NCBI GenBank assembly: GCA_002753335.1
Contig: PEAD01000010.1
Location: 1 to 64,000, forward strand
Length of the DNA: 64,000 nt
Reading direction: 5' to 3'
From: Nitrospirae bacterium MYbin3
GTDB taxonomy: Bacteria > Nitrospirota > Thermodesulfovibrionia > Thermodesulfovibrionales > Dissulfurispiraceae
Made by a program: the position numbers and the translations under genes. Shown piece after piece: positions 57,727-64,000 of the stretch (positions within the stretch are counted from its first letter, which is position 1; the number at the start of each line of letters is the position of its first letter). Under the pieces are notes generated by a model. That model did no database searches. It was not told the origin of the DNA and saw only the letters and a list, made by a program, of their open reading frames with translations.

Positions 57727-59178
57727 TCAGTCAACCATCTCCGCTATCTGGACACTATCCGGAGAATTTTTATAAACAACGTCCAGAATATCCCGCCTGT
57801 GTTTTTCTGGCGAGGCTACAAGAATAGCATCTATATCCAACGATCCAATCGTTTCGTAACCATAAATAGTCCTGCCCTCGATAGTTTTTCCGTGCTGAAT
57901 CGGGTTGCGATCTACAAACCCTATCCATGCGGCATTCTGAATCTCAGGGTCGGACAAGAGGTTTTGCGTGAGCGCGCAAGCCGGAGCCAACAGGATGCGC
58001 TTTCCGGCAAGCGACCACCTTTCTGATTGTCCGCCTTTGTGGGTTATTTTGAAAGGGCGAACAGAAAATTTGTCCGTATCAAACCCTGCCGAAATATTAT
58101 TATTTCTAAAATCCACGAAAAACAGATCCGGAATATCAAGCGGGATATCACAGCCAAGCCGTTCAATGGCCTTCATGATTTGGTCCATAATGTCCTTGCC
58201 CTCTTTGCTTACAGAGGCTATGGCCTCCTTGTAGTAGTGAAAGGCCTCGATACCATGTTTTTTCAGAAGCAGATACAGTTTTGCATAAGCTTCGATTTGG
58301 CCCGAATAGTCATGCCCTGAACGACCCGAAGAGAGCGGCGTGAAATCAAAAGTCAACCACACCTGCTGGGGTCGAAGCGCCAGCATGGCATAAGCGAAGC
58401 CCGTAATATCATCATCACCGCAATTAGAGTCACAGAAAATATACTTTACCGCAAGCATGCCTTTGCCTTTGCTTCCGGCAGCAGCATATCGGCTCAGATT
58501 CTCGATTACCCTGAGATATTTGTCCTGTCCTCTTAAGGCTTTAAATGTGGATGGAGTGCCGGCATCCACAGAGGTGATAACCCAGTAAATAGAACCGTCT
58601 GAAATCCCGTCATAAATCGCCTGATGGAATTTGACCGCATTGGTATGCATAAGCACCCGTATTCTACGTGTGCGAAAAAAATCCAAATAGGCCTCAAGGT
58701 TTTCCAAAAGTGTAGGTTCGCCACCCGCAAAATCCACATGAGAGTTCCATTGCACATCATCTTGAGAAAACTGTTTCAGAACCGACAGGGCGTCATACTG
58801 CTCAGAAAGGTGTAAATCCTCACGCGTGTATGTGCAATAGGTGCAGCGCAGATTGCAGATGCTGTAATGCTGCAGATCTATATGTCCTAACCCCGAGAAT
58901 AAGATATCGCCATAGCGTTTCTGCTCAACCATGAGACAGCGTTTGCAATCCATATCGCTGGCGTCATCGTTAAGCATCCGTATGTATTCTTTCCTCTTAC
59001 CGACAATAAAGTCCCTGGTTATCATGCCCCGGGAGAGTTCTTCGACATTGCAGAACAGTGGCGGCATCAAAGCGCCCCTCGTGCAAGCTCGCAGGCCGTC
59101 TACAGCCAAATTCAATCCGCTCTCCAGTTTACAGCAGGTCTTTACGGTATCATCAGGTAGAAATTCTTTAAGGGGCAT
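57727..59178 (-). CDS. Radical SAM protein with N-terminal Cys cluster and C-terminal Rossmann-like domain
   Basis: CNLRCTYC, GGEPTL, TNA, SVDAG; C-terminal FVDRNP..HG..IEG..I. Confidence 0.82.
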   Translation of the reverse strand: MPLKEFLPDDTVKTCCKLESGLNLAVDGLRACTRGALMPPLFCNVEELSRGMITRDFIVGKRKEYIRMLNDDASDMDCKRCLMVEQKRYGDILFSGLGHIDLQHYSICNLRCTYCTYTREDLHLSEQYDALSVLKQFSQDDVQWNSHVDFAGGEPTLLENLEAYLDFFRTRRIRVLMHTNAVKFHQAIYDGISDGSIYWVITSVDAGTPSTFKALRGQDKYLRVIENLSRYAAAGSKGKGMLAVKYIFCDSNCGDDDITGFAYAMLALRPQQVWLTFDFTPLSSGRSGHDYSGQIEAYAKLYLLLKKHGIEAFHYYKEAIASVSKEGKDIMDQIMKAIERLGCDIPLDIPDLFFVDFRNNNISAGFDTDKFSVRPFKITHKGGQSERWSLAGKRILLAPACALTQNLLSDPEIQNAAWIGFVDRNPIQHGKTIEGRTIYGYETIGSLDIDAILVASPEKHRRDILDVVYKNSPDSVQIAEMVD

Positions 59179-59186
59179 GCTTGATC

Positions 59187-60305
59187 TTATCCCTGACTAT
59201 AATAAATTTTTGCTTTCAGCACGGCATCCTCGATGCTCAAGCCGGCATAATCCTGCACACTGAACCAACGGCCGTTTATATCTCCGTCAAGAAGCGCCCC
59301 CAACAAAACACCCGGAATAACGCTTTCCACCGGATGCGCCGCGATATCACCGCCCATATCGGTTCTTAACCAACCCGGATCGGCCAGGGTAATCATAACT
59401 CCGGTGCCCTCAAGGGATGGGGCAAGGTCGAAAACGAATTTATCCAGAGCAGCCTTGCTGCAGGCGTAAGCCATTTCCCCCGGTCTTTTTTGAATACTGC
59501 TGGTGATGTTGATCACGCGGCCGAATCCGCGTTGTATCATCTGCGGAATAATTTCACGGCAGATAAGGACAGGGGCGATCGTATTGACGGCGTAACTCGT
59601 AACGAAATCCCCAGAAGGCATAGACCAAAAGCCCGAAGGACAGGGTGGTGAAACAGCAGCATTGTTAAACACTATATCTATCTGTGGCGCTAAACACGAC
59701 AGCTCCGAAAGCATCGCCTCCACTTCAGAAGGATTACCGAGTTCGGCAGCAACAGGCACAACCTTAACGCCAAAGTCGGAGCAAACGTCCACAAGTCCGG
59801 CAACATGAGAGGCAGAGCGGCTGTGCGCGATTATGTTTGATCCAAGTTTCGCCATTTCTACAGCAATCTGCCTGCCCACTCCACGCGCTGCCCCGGTAAT
59901 AAGCGTCCATTTGCCTTTTACCGTATTATTAAAAATCGACGCCCCTAACCCTAGGCTATTATCTTGTATCCTTTTGAACGCGCTGAGACTGTTGTATCGT
60001 CTGTCATAACAGGAAACAAATACATCTTTAAGCCCCATGTCCCGGAGTTGCTTATGAATATCTTCATATTTTCTGGCTGTGATTATTACCGTAACTTCCT
60101 CGCGCATTTTTCGCAGTTCTTCAGGAGAAACGCACTTTATTCCATGAAACACCTTTCCCCACTTCTTTTGCGCATTATCGCATAAAAAATCGGGCTCCCT
60201 GCCTAAAAACAGCACAAACTGGCCGAAACAGTCGTCAAAAAGCGCGCCTGTTCCGAACAGGCATACCTTCTTTGTGCCTATATCATCCTTTAACCGGGAC
60301 AACAT
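59187..60305 (-). CDS. SDR oxidoreductase with N-terminal Rossmann-like accessory domain
   Basis: TGAARGVG, NNAA, YACSK, PGWLRTD; N-terminal LFGTG...CDN...KWG...G..C.SPEE. Confidence 0.82.
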   Translation of the reverse strand: MLSRLKDDIGTKKVCLFGTGALFDDCFGQFVLFLGREPDFLCDNAQKKWGKVFHGIKCVSPEELRKMREEVTVIITARKYEDIHKQLRDMGLKDVFVSCYDRRYNSLSAFKRIQDNSLGLGASIFNNTVKGKWTLITGAARGVGRQIAVEMAKLGSNIIAHSRSASHVAGLVDVCSDFGVKVVPVAAELGNPSEVEAMLSELSCLAPQIDIVFNNAAVSPPCPSGFWSMPSGDFVTSYAVNTIAPVLICREIIPQMIQRGFGRVINITSSIQKRPGEMAYACSKAALDKFVFDLAPSLEGTGVMITLADPGWLRTDMGGDIAAHPVESVIPGVLLGALLDGDINGRWFSVQDYAGLSIEDAVLKAKIYYSQG

Positions 60306-61699
60306 TGATGCATGCTCCTTTCGGCAAGGTCTTTCCAGGAAATTACAGGCAAATCCTGGTTTTGTTTAAGATGCTTTTTCAGTATCATCTTTAATGCATC
60401 TTCCTGATCATGTTCGCTGCTCAGTATAATTGCATCAAGGTTCTTTGATCTTTCAAACAAATCTTCAATTGGATAAACCGGAATATCCAATACCTGCTTG
60501 CCAATTCTTGCCGGACTTGAATCAAAACATCCTAGCACATCTATTCCTGACTGCTGTGCACTCTCTATAATGAGATAAGCATTCAGCATACTGCCCAAGA
60601 CTGCTATTTTCTTCAAACTATTCTGGGAGTCAAATAAATTCCGTCCGTTTTGTAGTGCAGACAACCAGTTTCTAAACCCACGCCTGCCACCACCTTTTGC
60701 TGACGTCAATTTTAATTGAGAAAAGGCACCAACAGGCACCGAAGGCTTAAGCCCAAATAGATATAGACATATTTCGAATGGCAATATTGTATCTAATGCC
60801 CTATTCTCCGGCATAACATTCTTTTCCCAATTTTTTTTCAGGCTTGACAGTTTGCTTAATATTTGATTTTTTGTATTGGTTTTAAAAAAAGAATCCTGAG
60901 TTCTGAAACGCGTCAGAAAAGCATGAATAGCAGCCAAATGTGGTTGTAACCTCTTCTTTCGGTAATTATTTTTTAAAAATAATTGAATGGCCTCAATCAT
61001 CGGATAGCCCTGATCAACATTTCTGGATTCCTGTCCTTTATGTTGACGATACCGCAGCAGAGGATCGGCAAGCAATCCGATAGATCCCTGAAGATTCAGT
61101 GTAAACAGTATCCAGATATCACCACTTGCAAGATAAGCTGTATCCTTTGTGCCGAGCCATCTTGAAACAGCTTTAACATAGTCTTGCCGTTTAAAAAGCA
61201 GTGTCGGAGCAGGAAGCCAGAACTTTTCATCAAAATATTTCTTTATGTACTCGGATGTTCTAAAAACTATATCACCATCGAGTTCATACAAACTGGGCTG
61301 AATCAAAACACCGGAATCATCAATGAGTGAAACATTGTTGGATACAACCAGAAGCTCAGGATTATTTTCGATGAAGGCAATCTGCCGTTCAATCATAGTC
61401 GGCTCCATTATATCATCGTCATGGGCCATGATAATATATTCACCACGACCCATGATTGACGAACGTATGTAACTAGTACTCGCATTACCTCCGGAAGGCT
61501 GACGAATATATGTCAAACGTGGGTCTTCATAACCCATCACAAATTCCGCTGTATTATCTGTACTATGATTATCAACAACCAACAGTTCAAAATCGGTATA
61601 AGTCTGCGCCAGAATAGCCTCAAGAGACTCTTTAAGAAAGCCACTTTCGCATCGGTTATGGGTAAGAAGCGCAATCGTAATTTTATAACTGTGATTCAT
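60290..61699 (-). CDS. GT2 glycosyltransferase with C-terminal Rossmann-like accessory domain
   Basis: QTY.DFELLVVDN.STD, HDDD, YR.H..Q.S; C-terminal IAVLGS...FDSSP.RIG.....PVYP. Confidence 0.82.
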   Translation of the reverse strand: MNHSYKITIALLTHNRCESGFLKESLEAILAQTYTDFELLVVDNHSTDNTAEFVMGYEDPRLTYIRQPSGGNASTSYIRSSIMGRGEYIIMAHDDDIMEPTMIERQIAFIENNPELLVVSNNVSLIDDSGVLIQPSLYELDGDIVFRTSEYIKKYFDEKFWLPAPTLLFKRQDYVKAVSRWLGTKDTAYLASGDIWILFTLNLQGSIGLLADPLLRYRQHKGQESRNVDQGYPMIEAIQLFLKNNYRKKRLQPHLAAIHAFLTRFRTQDSFFKTNTKNQILSKLSSLKKNWEKNVMPENRALDTILPFEICLYLFGLKPSVPVGAFSQLKLTSAKGGGRRGFRNWLSALQNGRNLFDSQNSLKKIAVLGSMLNAYLIIESAQQSGIDVLGCFDSSPARIGKQVLDIPVYPIEDLFERSKNLDAIILSSEHDQEDALKMILKKHLKQNQDLPVISWKDLAERSMHQCCPG

Positions 61700-61733
61700 C
61701 CTGTCTTTCTGTTAATTTTTTATGGCAAATTAT

Positions 61734-62690
61734 TCATACGTTCTTGGATTTTAAAATACAATTTGATTCCTGTATTATTGTATCCTTAGAGCTGAATTTA
61801 GGCGAATAACCAATTTTCTCAGCAGACCTGTAATTTGAATAGTAAACGCTTTTAAATCCGGTTGCACTATCTTCTCCCAAAGCCTGTTCAATCTTGTATC
61901 TCAAGCCGTATTGCGAAAAAAAATATTCGATAATCTCTTTTTTCTTAACAGGCCTGGCGCTTACGACATCAAAGGCTGCATTAATGCCCCCTGCATTAAT
62001 GCATTTTACTATCATAGAGAAAAGGTCATCCGGGTGAAGATAATCCCGAACCATATCAGCCCCGTCGGTAATTAGAATTTTATTATTCATGATACAGTCA
62101 ATAATGTCCGTGATGAAATAGCCGTCAGCCAGATCCGCAAACCTGCTGAAATACGAAAATATCCTGAGATCAACTATCTTCAGCCCTTTGAACGCCCTGT
62201 GCTTTGCTTCCGCATTAAGCCTGACAACAGCATAATAATCTTCCGGAGCGATATTATTAACCCTGATACAATTCAGAGAATCTTCTTCTGCAGGAACAGA
62301 ACATTCCCTGCCGTAAACCGCGCCGCTGCTCAAGCTGATATAAAGGGCTCCAGGGCAATTATTATTCAGATACCTTAGAACCATATTGTCATACTCTTCG
62401 GTAACCGTAAAATATTTCGTATAATCACCCTGCAGCTTCCTTGCGGTTCCAACCCCAACGCAGTTGATTACCGCATCGTAAGAAGAATCGGCAAAATTAT
62501 CGTAGCCTTCGTGAATCTCGCAACCGGTTTCGGATATGCCTATAGAGCGAAGAAAATCACAAACATTACGCTGTGTCCTTGAAAATAAATACAATTTAAA
62601 ATCTTTGCTGCTGAGGAAATTATTTATCAGTCCTTTTGCTATATGTGAGGAAGCCCCCAATATTGCTATTTTTATTTTTCCTATCATCAA
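61734..62690 (-). CDS. NAD-dependent epimerase/dehydratase (extended SDR)
   Basis: ILGASSHIA, SSGAVYG, YxxxR, RDYLH..D. Confidence 0.8.
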   Translation of the reverse strand: MMIGKIKIAILGASSHIAKGLINNFLSSKDFKLYLFSRTQRNVCDFLRSIGISETGCEIHEGYDNFADSSYDAVINCVGVGTARKLQGDYTKYFTVTEEYDNMVLRYLNNNCPGALYISLSSGAVYGRECSVPAEEDSLNCIRVNNIAPEDYYAVVRLNAEAKHRAFKGLKIVDLRIFSYFSRFADLADGYFITDIIDCIMNNKILITDGADMVRDYLHPDDLFSMIVKCINAGGINAAFDVVSARPVKKKEIIEYFFSQYGLRYKIEQALGEDSATGFKSVYYSNYRSAEKIGYSPKFSSKDTIIQESNCILKSKNV

Positions 62691-62716
62691 TATTTAAGCC
62701 AATCCCATATAAATGG

Positions 62717-64000
62717 TTAGCACACTAACGTATTGACATAGTCCGAATAATACATAGGATTAAAATATCTATGCAGTGAATATTTCTGACATTTTACACA
62801 TAAAGAATGTGTGTGTCGCAAATTAATAATATCGTCAAGCGAAATTTCTAAATAATTATCAGCCAATTTATGATAGGAATAATTGCAACATGGCATAACA
62901 GACATATCCCAGTTGATAACCGGAAGCACACGATTTAGCAAACACTGCTTATGACGCTCCTTTATTCCATTTTGAATCAACTTCTCTAAGCCTATTAACA
63001 TTAAATCTCCAGCCTTTTTTGCTTCATCGCTTAACCCCTTGCCTTCACAATAATCAAAGGCATGATCAGCTAATAACATCGCTAAGACAGGATGAAAACG
63101 AAATCCATTTTCTTCACATAATTCTCGCATTTGCTTAGATTCATTTAGGTTATTCTTATAAACATGATAATAAACTTCCACTATTGTATTCGTCTGATAC
63201 TTATTTATATATTCGGCTAACAATAAAAGATTCTGGTAGAAAATCTCCCAACGTCCTCCCTTGTGTGTAATTTCATAATTTTTCTCACCATAACCTGAAA
63301 CAGAAACCCTGATTTGAGCAGGTGAGGCCTTAATGACATCCTCAAGATATTTACCGGCATTTAAATTTGATGAAATACCACTTGCTATCCCCAGATTAGT
63401 GTTGATCTTTATTATTTCTGACAATTCAGGATTAAGTAATGGCTCCCCCCAAATATATAAATCAACTAAATATAAAAAGGGAATTTCCTTTATAAGCTTA
63501 TCTATAACTCTGGAATAATAATCAGCGGTCATGAAACCACCTTTTTGTGGTAGGTGTGCAGAATCACCTCTGGGACAACTTAAACATCTCAAATTACATA
63601 CCCCGGAAATTTCTACGGTAGGATAAAAAGGGGATAATTCCTGAATATTTATAAAATCCTTGTTTTTTGTTAATCCGGCACTTTCGCATAATGCAAACAT
63701 TTCTTTATTTTTCTTGTCTACACTTGCAACAAGGATAAAAGAAGATTTGCAGGTTTTGGGATTATTTAAAACAATCTTCGGATCAAGAATTGGAACTCCT
63801 CCATACTCCGTCCCAATAAGCAAAGGAGAACTATCTAGAAATGCTTTTACCGGAAACCCATTCCGATTTAAAGCAAGCTTAAAGCCCCTACCCTTTTGTC
63901 CTGCACCCCATATATATAAATCGCGTCCCTTAAATAAATCAGATGCATCTTTTGCGGTATAGACACGATAGTTACCCCGACAAAATGTATTATTGTTTTT
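62717..64000 (-). CDS. Radical SAM/Twitch protein with N-terminal Rossmann-like domain; 5' end lies outside the window
   Basis: CNLRCLSC, WGEPLL, PCC...CVKC. The frame stays open to 64000 (…LYIWGAGQKG…FLDSSP…). Confidence 0.82.
   Translation of the reverse strand, partial: KNNNTFCRGNYRVYTAKDASDLFKGRDLYIWGAGQKGRGFKLALNRNGFPVKAFLDSSPLLIGTEYGGVPILDPKIVLNNPKTCKSSFILVASVDKKNKEMFALCESAGLTKNKDFINIQELSPFYPTVEISGVCNLRCLSCPRGDSAHLPQKGGFMTADYYSRVIDKLIKEIPFLYLVDLYIWGEPLLNPELSEIIKINTNLGIASGISSNLNAGKYLEDVIKASPAQIRVSVSGYGEKNYEITHKGGRWEIFYQNLLLLAEYINKYQTNTIVEVYYHVYKNNLNESKQMRELCEENGFRFHPVLAMLLADHAFDYCEGKGLSDEAKKAGDLMLIGLEKLIQNGIKERHKQCLLNRVLPVINWDMSVMPCCNYSYHKLADNYLEISLDDIINLRHTHSLCVKCQKYSLHRYFNPMYYSDYVNTLVC

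Overview
A 64 kb bacterial chromosomal window. Gene content suggests an anaerobic Gram-negative organism, probably Nitrospirota (Thermodesulfovibrionia-like); this is an inference. The core genes are rsfS-rlmH-lapB-like-HARP (protein-only RNase P), comM, mqnE/mqnC, a thioredoxin reductase-like gene, tsaC, rpsP-khpA-rimM-trmD-rplS-rnhB, hypF, lolA, corA, leuC, ridA, csp, an MrfA-like helicase and gmd. Accessory material sits between them: (1) a TGT-terminated transposon-like end with three 35-bp tandem repeats that cuts off the 5' half of an AAA+ ATPase gene (1-115); (2) a chrB-chrA operon extended by two putative metal-binding proteins and an MFS transporter; (3) a SEC-C protein and two toxin-antitoxin modules between mqnE and mqnC, the TA block bracketed by a 39-bp direct repeat; (4) a Fic gene; (5) a cytochrome c/CopD-like/cytochrome b5 fusion with a partner cytochrome; (6) two degenerate attC-like sites around an rsgA paralog; (7) a glycan-tailoring locus from 52.4 kb to beyond the right edge, with four radical SAM enzymes, where seven of nine consecutive proteins carry the same small Rossmann-like accessory domain. 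Item 7 is my best candidate for an undescribed system. Other oddities are rsfS with an apparent ATT start (missed by the ORF track), a GalT-like protein lacking its catalytic His, and a TrxB-like protein lacking NADPH-binding motifs. I found no rRNA, tRNA or convincing CRISPR array. All family assignments come from motif recognition by eye, not database searches.
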